This document shows, one piece after another, positions 12,046 to 23,799 of a stretch of 64,000 nt of DNA (position 1 is its first letter; every line of letters starts with the position of its first letter). This DNA is from Mobula hypostoma. Its lineage: Eukaryota. The notes under the pieces are model-generated. The model saw only the letters and a program-made list of their open reading frames with translations, ran no database searches and had not been told where the DNA came from. The stretch is taken from the NCBI RefSeq assembly GCF_963921235.1, contig NC_086108.1, positions 107,014,001 through 107,078,000 on the forward strand, read 5' to 3'. The translations under genes and the position numbers were made by a program.

Positions 12046-12944
12046 AATAAGGCGTAAAGGCCATGTCAAGGCAGATTGTGTGGGCCCAGAAAAAGTTCAC
12101 AAGAATATTGTTACTATTACAGAGAAGGTGCACTGTAGGGGTAAAAGAAGCTGCAAGATCATGATGAGATAGACTTTAATCCTTGTTCTATGTTCTATTG
12201 TGAAGTCTGGAGTTCATTTTATAGTGAAATAGATCCATTCAATGTTTCAATGGTTCCATTTAATGTCAGAGAATGTATACAGTATACAACCTGAAATTCC
12301 TAGTCTTCATAGACATCCACGAAAAAGAAAAAAAAACAAATAATGACTGACAGAAAAGATGTTAGAACCTCAGTAGTCTGATAACAGTGGGACAGTGCTG
12401 TTCCTGAGCCTTGATGATGCATGCTTTCAAACTTTTGTATATTTTGCCTGCTGGGAAAGGGGAGAGGAGAGATTGCCCAGTGTGGGACAACAGAAACAGA
12501 ACTTTCAGACAACAGATTCAGCAGAAAAAGAATCTCACGGGTATATGTGGTGATATGTATGTACTCTTATTAATAAATTTTACTTTGTCTTTGACTTTGG
12601 CGTTGAATTGAGTCCTTCACACCATCTAGTCCACACTAACCACCAACCACACATTTACACTCATCAAATACAAATACTGCTTCTCCCCTTTGCCTCACCA
12701 ATCCCCAAACCAATTGTTCTTCAGTCTTTGGTGCATACTTTCTAACACTGCTTAACCTTGAACTACCTTGATGTATTGATGTGATTAAATGATTTGTGGG
12801 CTTGAAATGAAAAGCAAAGATTTTTTCACTATACCCCAGTACCTTGTGAACATTATAAATTAATTACCAATTTCCATAACCTGGGTTTATAGAAGCATGT
12901 TCCCTCACAGCGCAGTTTTGGGCCCCTTATATAAAAAAGGATGT

Positions 12945-13452
12945 CAAATAAACTCTCCTCAGGCTTCTAGCCGGGTGCAGGTATCGAATATAACCAATGT
13001 TTCAATGATACACTCTGTCATCTTCATTGGGGATGATGCCTGGATGTGCCTTGTCCAGTGGTATTTATACCCCCATAGGCCGACCCTTCTGATTAGTTAG
13101 TACTCATCCACTCAGGTTTTTGCCTCCCACCTTGTTTACAATTGAATTCCAGTTTTTACTTAGAGTGTGATCTTTTTCTTTGTTAAAATTCTTTTCCTCT
13201 AGTTTTATTTCAATGGTTTCCTTTACCAGGCGGTCCCAAAAGCCATTGGCACGGCACAGTAGATTTGTGCTGTCGAAGTCAATCCGATGGCCATTGCGAA
13301 TGCAATGTTCTGCTGCCACCAATTTCTCCACGTCTCCTAAATGGATACATCTCCTTGATGCAGGTTTCCACCTCCTTGACCCACATCAGCTGGGACTCAG
13401 GTTGACTGGCATTTACAGAATTCCCTGTGAATGCTGAGCAGCATATATCAAC
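12945..13452 (-). mobile_element. Penelope-like element (second family): GIY-YIG C-terminus plus pseudo-LTR
   Basis: AEHCIRNGHRIDFDSTNLLCRANGFWDRLVKETIEIKLEEKNFNKEKDHTLSKNWNSIV. An inverted piece GLRLTGIYRIPCEC (GIY motif) lies on the plus strand at about 13393-13437. Decayed hammerhead at about 12995-13030. Confidence 0.88.
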
Positions 13453-13727
13453 AGCAACAATAATAAAAAAAAACATAAATAAATAAATAATATTGAGTAC
13501 CTGTGTTGTAGAGTCCTTGAAAATAGGTTCATAGGTTGAAAAATTACATTTAGAGTTGAGGTCAATGATCTCCATCCACGTTGTTTCAGGAGTCTGGTGG
13601 TTGAGGAGTACTAAGTGCTCTTGAACCTATTCCTCCTTCCTGATGGCAGCTGCAAGAAGAGGTCATGGCCTGTGCGGTGGGAGTCCTTGATTACTGATGT
13701 TGCTTTCTTGTAGCAGTGCTCCTTGTA

Positions 13728-14228
13728 GATGTGCTGACATTGAAGAGGGTCCATAAGAGATTCATGAAAATGATTCTGGGATTGAAAGGCTTATCATATG
13801 AGCAGCATTTGATGGCTCTGGGACTGCAATCACTAGAATTCAGAAGAATGAGGGGTGATCTCATTGAAGCCTATCGAATGTTGAAGGGCCTCAATAGAGA
13901 AGATGTGGAGAGGATGTTTCCTATGGTGGAAGAGTTTAAGACCGGAGAACACAGTCTCGGAATAGAGGGGTGTCTACTTAAAATGGAGATGAGGAGGGAC
14001 TTCTTTAGCCAGAGGGTAATGAATCTGTGGAGTTTGTTGCCACAGGCGGCTGTGTATGCCAAGTCAATGGGTATACTTAAGGCGGAGGGTGTTGGATTGT
14101 TGATTAGTCAGGACATGAAGGGATACGAGAAGTAATGAGATTGGGGTCGAGAACCATGATGAAATGGCGTAACAAATTCGATGGGCCAAATGGCCTAATT
14201 CTGAACCTATATCACATGATCTTATGGT
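13728..14228 (+). mobile_element. CR1 LINE 3' fragment
   Basis: The 139-aa ORF contains LKRVHKRFMKMILGLKGLSYEQHLMALGLQSLEFRRMRGDLIEAYRML...FFSQRVMNLWS. Confidence 0.9.
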
Positions 14229-14807
14229 GAGAGTAAGAGTTCGGCAGAGACTAGAAGGGCCGAGATGGCCTGTTTCCATGCTGTAATTGTTATATGGTTA
14301 TATGGTTATATATTCTGGAGAGCTTTTCCTGTGATGAACTGGGCTGTGTCCATCTCTTTTTTTTGTCAGCTTTTCTATTCTTGAGCATTGGTGTTTCCAT
14401 ATCTGTATGTTGGACCAAATTTCCACCTGACAAACCATGAAATCACTAAAGTATCAGAACTGTAACTCAAAGCTCATGTGTTATTGACACTTACCACATT
14501 CACAAATGCTACAAGTTCATCACCACCAGGACAACATGTCATCTCCAAAGCCTCTTTCCTCTAGCTATCCAGCTTCTCAACAACACTCACTCTGACGTAA
14601 TACCCCAACTGTTCCGTTAAATAATTTTTCCTGCTCTCCTTGTTCAGTTGATACTTATTCAGTCTGTTCATATGTTCACGTTTATTTAAGTTTGATTATT
14701 GACGTTTGTGCCTGTGACCATTCTGCTAATTGATTATTGCTCATGGCTGTTTGCACTATCGTCTTGTAGATTATTAGTTGCTATTGTGTTGTCTGTTATG
14801 GTATGTT

Positions 14808-15097
14808 TAATTTATTTGTTGAGAGACAGTGTGGAATAGGCCTTTCTAGCCCTTCAAGCTGTGCTGCCCAGCAATTCCCCAATTTAATCCTAGACTAATC
14901 ACAAGACAATTTGCAATGACCAATTACCCTCCCAACCAGTATGTCGTTGGACTGTGGGAGGAAACCAGAGCACCCAGAGGAAACCCATGTGGTCATGAGG
15001 AGAACGTACAGACTCCTTATAGGCAATGGCAGGAATTGAACCCGAGTTGCTGGTACTGTGAAGCGTTGTGCTAACCACTACACTACCGTGCTCCCCC
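14808..15097 (-). mobile_element. V-domain SINE (HE1-type), near full length
   Basis: Minus-strand head GCACGGTAGTGTAGTGGTTAGCACAACGC, B box GGTTCAATTCC, V domain, tail AACAAATAAAT. Confidence 0.88.
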
Positions 15098-15614
15098 GTA
15101 TTTTATGGTTGGGACCGAGCCACAATCACATACTGGCAATAAAGTGATTGTGATTCCAATACCCAGGCAGCCTACACATGCTGTAGAGCTACAACTCAAA
15201 ACTAAAAAAAACAGAATCAGTTTTTCCACTCGCTTGCAGTGAGCACAAGTGTAAGGTTGAAGTATTGCTCTGTGAATGACTATGATCAGGGGATTGGAAA
15301 GGTTACTGGAAGTTGACCTTGTCTGAGCAGGTTTGGAAAAGTGCTTAGTCTGAAATTTATTGTAGTAAAAATAATTGAACCAGAGTTGACCTTTTAAAAC
15401 TTTTCAGAGGTAAATACATCATAAGGGAAAGAATCTGCGGCTCCTCATCCTCAAACGGATGTTTGTTGCTTCTTGATGTGGGAACCTTGTTTTATCTATT
15501 TTATGTTACATGTTAGACTGAATATTAGAAACATAGAATTGAAGAGAGTTCTGTTAGATATGGTCAGCTCCGCAAGAAGCAACAACTCTCTCTGAGAAAG
15601 GCAGGGGAAGCTGG

Positions 15615-16751
15615 AGCACACACATTGGCAGCTCACACTCACACCCTCATTTACACTCACATACTCACACTCACAATCACACACACCCTTGCAATTATAC
15701 TCACACTCATAACCACACCTATACTCACACACACATTCACACCTACACACTCACACTCACACCCACATTTATACTCATGTACTCACACTCACAGTCACAA
15801 TCACAATCACACACACTTGCAATCGTACACACACTCACAATCTCACCCACTCTTAGAATCACACACAGACACACTCACACTCACAATCACACCCACATTC
15901 ATGCAATCACACTCACAATCATGCCCACACTTGAAATCACTCTCAGACTCACAATCACACCCATACTTGGATTCAGACTCAGGCACACTCACAATCACAT
16001 CCACACTTGCAATCACACTCATACCTACAATCATGCCCACACTTGAAATCACACTCAGACACACTCAGACTCAAAATCACACATACTTGGAATCACTCTC
16101 AGACTCACAATCATACCCACATTTGAAATCAGACTCTGACACTCTCACAGTCAGACTCTCAACTATGTACACTCTCATGCACACACTCACACACTCGTAC
16201 TCAAAAACACACACCCACACTCACAAGCTCGTTCATATTCTCAGCACAGGCATGAAAAGTGTCAGACACACATGGATTCAAAGAGACACATGCTGTCACT
16301 CAAAGACACACATGCACACAGTCATACACTGACACATACACAGGTATTCAGATGCAAGTGCAAGCACACACAGGTACACACGGGCATACGTACACAAATT
16401 CACACACTCACAAACAGATAAACAAACATGGGCACACAAAAGAGAGAAACATCAAAGATTCAGGTGCACAGATACAGCATATACAGACAAGCAGGCAGAC
16501 AGGTACACATACAAAGAGACAGGCACAAACTGATACATGGACACATGCTATCACACACTGGCATACATAACACACTCAAAGACACATACTCACTGATACA
16601 CATCAATACACACAGATACACTTACACAAACACACAGACATTCCAAGCACAAACGTATGCACATGCGTGCACACACATTCCCATACACTCACACACACAA
16701 ACCTGCATAAGCATACACTCATATGCTCGCACATACACACACACACACAAG

Positions 16752-16787
<36 letters not shown>

Positions 16788-16820
16788 CATACACAAATGC
16801 ACACAAGCAGACACACAAAA
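15615..16820 (+). repeat. Degenerate (CA)n-rich low-complexity tract
   Basis: About 1.2 kb of CACACT/CACAAT variants with recurring motifs (CACACTTGAAATCACTCTCAGACTCACAATC), ending in pure (CA)n near 16755-16785. Confidence 0.95.
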
Positions 16821-17380
16821 AACTGTGTGAATTTTGAAGGATGAAATTGGAAGATTCGTTTGTGTTGAGGAGGTAGATCAAAGGACAAAATGTATTGGAG
16901 GATGATTGAAAAATAAAGGAATATGGAATAGCAGAGTTGGTTCATGAGGACAAACAACACAGTTCTCTTCCAAATATACCTGCTCGCCACAGGTAGCAAA
17001 AAAAACTACAGGCCCTTCCTCCAGGTTAATGATAATAGACTAGTTTTAATCTTGTTTTGGTATACATTGTACTTGAATCAAGTTTATTATGTTGGGAATA
17101 AATTTTCTTGATGATGACAACCATATGTAAACTTCAGGCAATTCACTGTTGATGATATTGCATTTGGAAATATACTCAGGGTCACCACAGAATTAGTCAT
17201 ACCATCACCACAGGGATGCACACATTGTTGAAAGTCTTCTCAACAATTTGATCTTACATTTCAAGTAAAAATAGAAAGGGGAGATAAATGAGTGTCTTGG
17301 AGAGGAAGACATGTCAACTAAGAGTCATGGTGATTAAGAGAATGAACAGTGTGAACTGAAAGAGAACAAACAGACCATTA

Positions 17381-17558
17381 TACACTCATTGGCCACTTTA
17401 ATTAGATACACCTGAAGACCTGCTTGTTAATGCAAATATGTAATCAGCCAACCATGTGCCTGCAACTCGATGCATAAAAGCATACAGTCATGGACAAGAG
17501 GTTCAGCTGTTGTTCAGAACAAACATAAGAATGGGAAAGAAATGTGATCTAAGCGACT
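17381..17558 (+). mobile_element. Tc1/mariner DNA transposon left end
   Basis: TA plus TIR-like CACTCATTGGCCACTTTAATTAGATACACC; transposase start ATGGGAAAGAAATGTGATCTAAGCGAC (MGKKCDLSD). The same TIR motif occurs at 54172-54225. Confidence 0.75.
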
Positions 17559-17895
17559 GTGTGACTCTGTACTGCGAGAAAGTGTGATTCTATTCTGAGT
17601 GTCTGTGAGGCTCTATTCTGTGTGAAATGAAACTTTATTCTGTGTGACTGTGAGACTCTATTCTGAATGACTGTGAGACTCTATTCTGTGTTTCTGTGGA
17701 CTCTATTCAGTGTGACTGTGAATCTCTATTCAGTGTGACTGTGCGACTCTGTTCTGGGTGACTGTGAGACTATTCTGAATGACTGTGAGACTCTATTCTG
17801 TGTTTCTGCAGAATATTCAGTGTGACTGTGAGACTCTGCTCTGGGTGACTGTGAGACTCTGCTCTGGGTGACTGTGAGACTCTGCTCTCTGTGTC
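17555..17895 (+). repeat. Minisatellite, about 23-bp unit, roughly 15 imperfect copies
   Basis: Unit TGACTGTGAGACTCT(A/G)(T/C)TCTG(G/T)G in tandem. Confidence 0.92.
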
Positions 17896-18324
17896 AGCAA
17901 GATTCTGGCTGTTTGCTGTCTGACACTATGACTGCATCACACATGCATCAAGAGAAGTACTTGTAGTGGAAATTGTCCTATTGAGCAGGGAATGGCGGAA
18001 CGTAGACCATGTGAACACAGATGTGCCGTTTAGATTTGCTTCGTATTCGTGACAGACATAAAGGGCTGAAGAACCTTTTCCTGTTCCGTATTGTTCTCTG
18101 TTTTATGTTTGATAATAAATCCATAAACGATATGTCCAGAATTAGGCCATTCAGCCAATCGATTCTTTTCACCTTTTCACCATTGCTGGTGCATTTTCTT
18201 TCTCAAACCCATTCTTCAGTTTCTCCTCTTTAACTTTCAGAAGCTGTGAGGCTCCATTCGCAACTTTCACCTTAGTAGACCCACAGACCTGGCTGCCACA
18301 TCTACCTGCACTGTGAATTCCACA

Positions 18325-18420
18325 CCATCGCTGAAGAAGATGGCAGAGTTTGTCATCGAAACGGTGGTTATAATAGATAACGGTACCTGGCTGGAAGCCC
18401 GAGAAGAGTTTATTCATCAT
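18325..18420 (+). mobile_element. Solo PLE pseudo-LTR 3' unit with hammerhead-like motif (family 2)
   Basis: CTGAAGA-A-GATGGCA-GAGTT-TGTCATC-GAAA-CGGT. Homologous to 12945-13035 and 26260-26355. Confidence 0.8.
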
Positions 18421-18489
18421 TACTAATGCATCCACAATCTCCCCAGCCACCTCTTTCAGAACCCCGGGGAGTGCTGAATCCTGTTTACA

Positions 18490-20186
18490 TTGATGAAAAT
18501 ATATCCTTAGAAGTTTTATCTGGCTATTGTGTGAATTGTTTCTGTCTGTTTACATTCTTCTTCTGTCATAGGTAGTGTTAACCTAAGCATGTTTGAGTGC
18601 ACATTGTGTTTTCTAAAATCTGTCACTTCAGTTCTTATTTTTCTTTGTAAGTTTTCCAGATCTGTTTCGGACCAAGATATTATGCCAAAAGAATATGTTA
18701 ATATGAGTATAACAAGAGTGTTTATTGCCTTTGTTTTATTTCTACTATTGAGCTCTGTTTGGCAGATTTTCTTAAGCCTTGAAGTAAGTTCTGTCTAAAG
18801 TTTTTCCTTTATCACACTATGATCTATTTTCTTTGCTTGTTGATATCCCAGATATGTATATGTTTCATGTTCATCTATCGGTTGTATTATATCCTGCTGC
18901 TCTGTTTTGTATTCTATTAGCTCCATTGCACCTTTCTTTGCGTTTAATTTTCTGCATTTATCAAGTCTAAAGTTCATGTTTATATCTTTCAAAAATAGTT
19001 CTGCTATTTGAATTAATTGCTTTAGATTAACTGATGAAGGAGCCATAATTACAAATCATCCATGTATGGAAGGTAGGTTAAGGTATAGCTCATTTCATTC
19101 TTTCTGATTTGATACCCAATTTTTATCCAATTCAGTAAATTAGAGAGTGGGTTAAAGCTAGGCAGAACCATAGTGGGCTTAGAGAGTCACCTTAGAAAAT
19201 GGCTGGGTTTATTTTGATAACAGTGGCTGTTCTTTTTAGGTTATTAATAGATAGGGTGATTATAGTACACCAGTGCATCATCAAATGTTGCAGGCATTTC
19301 ATAAGTATTGGGTGGAGTTTATATATATTAAAAACTTCTATTAACCATGAGTGTGGGACAGATTCAAATGCCTTTTAGTAGTCAATATAGCAACATGAAA
19401 GATTTCTGATTTTCCGCTGGACTTAATTTAGAATTATGGAATCTATTATCAGTTGTTCTTTACATCCTTTCATACCCTTACGGCACCCTTTCTGCTCTTC
19501 TGTAAGTATACCGTGGTTATCTAAGTGAGTGGTGATTAGTTGTGATGTTACAGTTTTGTATATATTTTGTAAGCAAGTAATAGGACGATGTTTTGGTGGA
19601 TCTTTTGTGATTTCCCCTTCAGGTAAAAGATACGTTTTACCTTCTGTCAAAAATTCAGGCAATTTTACAGGACTTGTAAGGAAATTGTTGATAGGCATTA
19701 ATAAGTATGAATGAAGGTAAGTAATTTTTTATACCAATAATTATGAATATTATCACTTCCAATACTTTTCCAGTAATGGGTATTTTTATAGCCTCTTTTA
19801 CCTTATCCATTGTAACTTCAGGTATTTGCATGTCTTCAATCTTGCATGCGCTTTCTTTTTCCTCCCTAATCCAGCTTGCTACTTAATTGTGCGTTATCCT
19901 CATTCACAAGATTTTAGACCAAAAGTTCATTAACTCTGTGTTTGTTGGTAATTCTGTTCTGGGGTTAGTAGCATTTTGGTGCATCAAATTTAGTCTCAAG
20001 ATCCTAAATAAACCTTTTTTCATTGTTACAGAACTGATAATTCTTTTTCTTCATCTGGTGCATTTCATGTATTTATTTAGTCTGGCTTTGTATAAACTAA
20101 ACTTCTGTTTTAGTGTATCTATAAACTTTGTTATGCTTTTGATAGGCTAATCATATTTTGTATGGACCTTAGTATTTCCTTAGTAC
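18490..20186 (-). mobile_element. R4/Dong-clade non-LTR retrotransposon, internal RT fragment (pseudogenised)
   Basis: IDTLKQKFSLYKARLNKY; EFLTEGKTYLLP...DPPKHRPITCLQNIYK; EEQKGCRKGMKGCKEQLIIDSII; YMDDL; INMNFRLDKC; YTYLGYQQ; NKTKAINT...LTYSFGIISWS. Several stops and frameshifts. Confidence 0.88.
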
Positions 20187-20262
20187 TTATTATTATTATT
20201 TTAGTACTTTTGTATTATTATTATTAGTACTATTATTATTACTATTAGTATTTTCTCAGTAC
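20187..20262 (-). repeat. Imperfect (TAA)n microsatellite
   Basis: TTA/TAC-rich run between the two R4/Dong pieces. Confidence 0.85.
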
Positions 20263-20383
20263 TTTAAAAAAATTCTTAGCTCAGGCTGGTAAGATCTGAT
20301 GTACTTGCTTAGCCAAGCACACTCATTTTTCAATTGCGAGGAAATTTTGGACTATTCTCATGGTGTTTAGTATTGTGGCTTAT
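20263..20383 (-). mobile_element. Very short 5'-truncated R4/Dong 3' end
   Basis: Minus strand translates to ATILNTMRIVQNFLAIEK*, resembling the R4 ORF C-terminus (KAVILNT.RIVRKFL-type), then a short 3'UTR. TAA repeats on both sides. Confidence 0.7.
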
Positions 20384-20619
20384 TATTATCATTATTGTTT
20401 TCTATTTGTATTTGCAAAGTTTGTCATCTCTTCTTGTTGGTTGATTGTCCATCTTTGTCCGTGTGTAGCTCTTCATTGACTCTGTTGTGTTTCCTTGTAT
20501 TCTCTGTGAATGTCCAGAGGGAAATGAATCTTAGGGTAGAATACTGTGACATGTTTGTACTTTGATAATAAATTTACTTTGAGTTTTTGAACTTTGAAGG
20601 TAATCGGGGATGTGAGGGT

Positions 20620-20952
20620 GGATTCCCTGAATGAAGAATGCCTGTGCATGACTTTATTTAACATGGGGAGGTAAATGCCCAGGCAGTCACCACATGGTCC
20701 ATAACAGATCCATGCCAGGGTCCAGTGCCATCAGCTGGTGCCCTTCACTGGTGTTCTGCTGTGTCATCATCTTCCGCCAGCTCCACCTCTGAGGTCTTGG
20801 TTGGATCACTCTATGTCTGGACCCTACCCTTTGATCTACCACCATGGTTGACCCTACCAGGAGCTAAGGGGCAGATGGTTAAGCTCCAGAAAGCATCCCT
20901 CTCAGGATCTGAGGAACTCACAGGCCTCTCCGGCACGACAAGGTGATAATAT
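20620..20952 (-). mobile_element. RTE (BovB/Expander-type) 5'UTR-derived element
   Basis: CACCTTGTCGTG...GAGAG...TGGTAGGGTCAACCATGG...TCAAAGGGTAGGGTCCAGAC, motifs shared with 27304-27692 and 49888-50205. Confidence 0.7.
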
Positions 20953-21253
20953 TTGGAGACGGCTAGTAGAGGCACAATTGGCTAAATCCCTTTCCAGGCA
21001 CTTGAAAAATAACTGCAGCCTTTTGTGTCTCCCGATAGGTACTCCTTCCATTTAAACTTGGAGTTCCATTTAAGAGACACAGAAGACTGTAGATGCTGGA
21101 ATCCAGAGCAACAAATGAACTCCACCATTTTTGGTGGCACAGTAGTGTAGCATTTAACATAACACTATTGCTCTGCCAGCCACTCCGGTCAATTTCTGCC
21201 GCTGTCTGCAAGGAATTTGTACGTTCTCCCCTTGATCAACAGGTTTCAAAGGT

Positions 21254-21815
21254 GGGATATATGGGGTGTCAGGGAGGGGTAGCACCTCTGGTGGGGGAAC
21301 ATATCGCGTCCTTTTCAAGGCGGTTAGTCCACCTTTGGTCCCCACCTGGCACTCAGCTCTCACCTGTGGCTCCCCGTAGCTGTTTGCATGCGACAGCGGC
21401 CACACCCCGGGCAACGGCTTCGACAAGCCGGCTAAACCAGGTGAGGGTAGCCGACGGGTCTCAAACCCTCGGTGAGATAGGGAGTTGCCTATCCCATCAT
21501 GTGAAGACAGACTCCGGTGGATTGAGTGGATGAGACCAATGGAAGGTCCAACGGTCAAGAAGGCGGTCTCTGCAAGCGTCGTGGAACGTGTAGAGCAGGA
21601 CAAGACACAGAAGACGTCCTGGTCATCCACTGCGCCTAGTCCTATCTCCAGCTGTCTCAACTCTGTCTTGCCACTGGATCCAGATGGGAATTGGGGAGAG
21701 AGAATTAGGCTGATGCTGTGCAACTCTCCCTCACTTAAATCCAAATCACGCGCTAGTCTCGACACCATCATAATGGTGTCAAAGTCCTCATTGACGTCAA
21801 CGATGGACGAACACA
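21254..21815 (+). mobile_element. Non-autonomous bipartite RTE element, full length, ribozyme-headed
   Basis: 13-bp TSD AGGTTTCAAAGGT at 21241-21253 and 21816-21828. CpG-rich, so likely young. RTE-type 3' end CATTGACGTCAACGATGGACGAACACA. No RT ORF. Confidence 0.85.
21263..21448 (+). ncRNA. HDV-like self-cleaving ribozyme fold with a hairpin inserted in L3
   Basis: P1 GGGGTGT 21263-69 / ACACCCC 21402-08; P2 CTCACCTG 21359-66 / CAGGTGAG 21438-45; P3 GGC 21368-70 / GCC 21399-401; L3 TCCCCGTA; P1.1 CC 21372-73 / GG 21409-10; P4 CGGCTT / AAGCCG; J4/2 GCTAA with putative catalytic C21432. Confidence 0.8.
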
Positions 21816-21828
21816 AGGTTTCAAAGGT

Positions 21829-22630
21829 ATATTTAATGTCAGAGAAATATATACAATATACATCCTGAAATTCTTTTTCTTTGAAACCATCCACGAAAAC
21901 AGAGGAATGCCCCAAAGAATGATTACAGTTAAATGTTAGAACCCCAAACTCCCCCCAGACCTGCTCCCATTTATAAGCAGCAGCAAGGCAACAACCACTC
22001 CCACCAGCAAACAGCATAAAATTATCAGCGCCCTCCACCGAGCACCCAAGTGTGCAGCAAAGCATCAGTATAGACAGAGACTTACAGTACTCCAAAGGAA
22101 ACTTGTTCACCCAGTAATTCGACATACCACAGGCTGTCTCACTGCCTAATAAGGGAAAAAGAGGTGTCCCCATTTCACAGCAAGAGGGCAGACATAACAA
22201 AACAACTCACTGATTTATGGAGTTAAAAGTCTGTTGCATCACTTTTTCCAAGCTCTGTGTTCAAAGAACTCTGATTTCTGGGCACCTAGCCAGCAGCCAG
22301 CTTGCTGATCACGATCATCTGTGTACTCCCACGACACATCAGGCGGCGGCACCAGCCTCGAATCCGCCCGCCTCCAGAGCCACAAAAATCCGGCACCCTG
22401 AAGGCGCGCTAGACTTCCGGGCCGCGTCCCTGGCATATCGAAAAGCGGCTGGCCGTGAAGCCCTGAGACCAGGTGCCATTTCTGCAAAGAACCAAAGTCA
22501 GACTGTAACTCCAGGTCAGGGTCTTCAAAAGAACATTGAAAGGCGAAAAAAGAGATATCAAAGGTACAAAATATAGTTGTTTCCGAAGATGCAAGCAAAG
22601 GAGTTGCCGTTAGGTGCCATCGTCCTACAC
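21829..22630 (-). mobile_element. Non-autonomous LINE derivative with Rex/Babar-like tail
   Basis: Colinear with 50673-51055 (GACCTGGAGTTACA...TGGCTCTGGAGG). 5' GATGGCACCTAA; 3' GAATTTCAGGATGTATATTGTAT...CATTAAA...TTTGAAACC. Its tail is interrupted by the 21254-21815 element. Confidence 0.65.
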
Positions 22631-22874
22631 TGCACCCCTTCTATGCCTTCTATCACGTGGGTTTCCTCCAGGTGCTCCAGTTTCCTCCCATAGTCCGAAG
22701 ACGTATGGGTTAGTAAGGTAATTGTTCACATGGGTGTAATTGGGCAGTGCGGGTCCATTGGGTTAGAAGGGCCTGTTACTGTGCTGCATCTTTATTTAAT
22801 GTAAATAACTTAACAGTTTTGGCAGCATCTGTGGGGCAGAATGGAGAAATGATGATTTGGGCCAAGGCTATAGC

Positions 22875-23020
22875 TGCTGGAGGAACACTATGGGTAAGAT
22901 AGCAGCTGCGGAGAGAAATGGACAGTCCATGTTTTGGGTCAGGTCCCTTCGTTGAACACTGGCTGTCCACTTCCCTCGGCACATGGACTGCCTGACCTGC
23001 TGAATTCATCCGGCAAATCA
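22875..23020. mobile_element. Decayed palindromic PLE mini-element
   Basis: GCTGGAGGAAC...GAAATGGACAGTC on the left and CTGTCCACTTC...CTGCCTGACCTGCTGAATTCATCCGGC on the right. Confidence 0.6.
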
Positions 23021-23054
23021 TTACCACAAGAGATACTGCAGATTGCTGTAAATC

Positions 23055-23089
<35 letters not shown>

Positions 23090-23799
23090 GAAAAGGGTTC
23101 CTCCTGTGCTTTGTTTGCTGTTCAGCTGTTTTAAGAGACTCTTAGTTAGGTACATGGAGCTTAGAAAAATAGAAGGCTATTTGGTAGGGAAATTCTAGGC
23201 AGTCTCTAGAGTAGGTTACATGGTCAGCACAACATTGTGGGCTGAAGGGCCTGTATTGTGCTGTAGATTTCTATGTTCTATGTTCCAGATCTCTCCTCAG
23301 CCTCTGATGCCCCAGAGACAACAATCCAAATTTCATTAGAGCGCACCCTCTCTAATCCCTTCAGCATTCTTGTGAGCCTCGACAACCTTCTGATAATGGG
23401 TGAACAGAATCATATGCAATATTCCAGATGTGGCCTAAGTAGAGTTTTATAAAACAGCAATATAATTTCCTGGGTTTTGAACTCAGTGCCTTGACTAATG
23501 AAGGCCATTTGCCTTCCCTATCAGCCTGTGTAGCCATATTCAGGGAGCTATGAACTTGGACCCCAAGATCCCTCTCGACACTGTTAAGGCGCTTTCTTTA
23601 TCCACTAACCCCTCTCTCTCGAACCATCCGCTGAACACAGGGCCTATAGTTTAAATAATTCCTTTGGCCTTAGGTGAAAAATTGATCCAGGTATTCCCCT
23701 TTGAAATGGTATCTCTGGTAAGAATGACTGCCTTCAGCGGGCGAGGGATGGTTCATCATGGACAGTGGAATTAGGTGGCAACAGGGATGTGGAAGGAGA

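Noticed and set aside
15625..16844. Long His/Thr/Ser-rich ORFs (235 aa, 138 aa and others)
   Set aside because: Translation artefacts of a (CA)n-rich tract that lacks stops in several frames.
17555..17895. CRISPR-like array
   Set aside because: The units are contiguous with no unique spacers, there are no cas genes, and the context is eukaryotic.
21154..22200. 348-aa minus-strand ORF, the longest in the window
   Set aside because: It runs across three unrelated repeats (V-SINE, antisense RTE derivative, LINE derivative) and a TSD junction, with no protein motifs.
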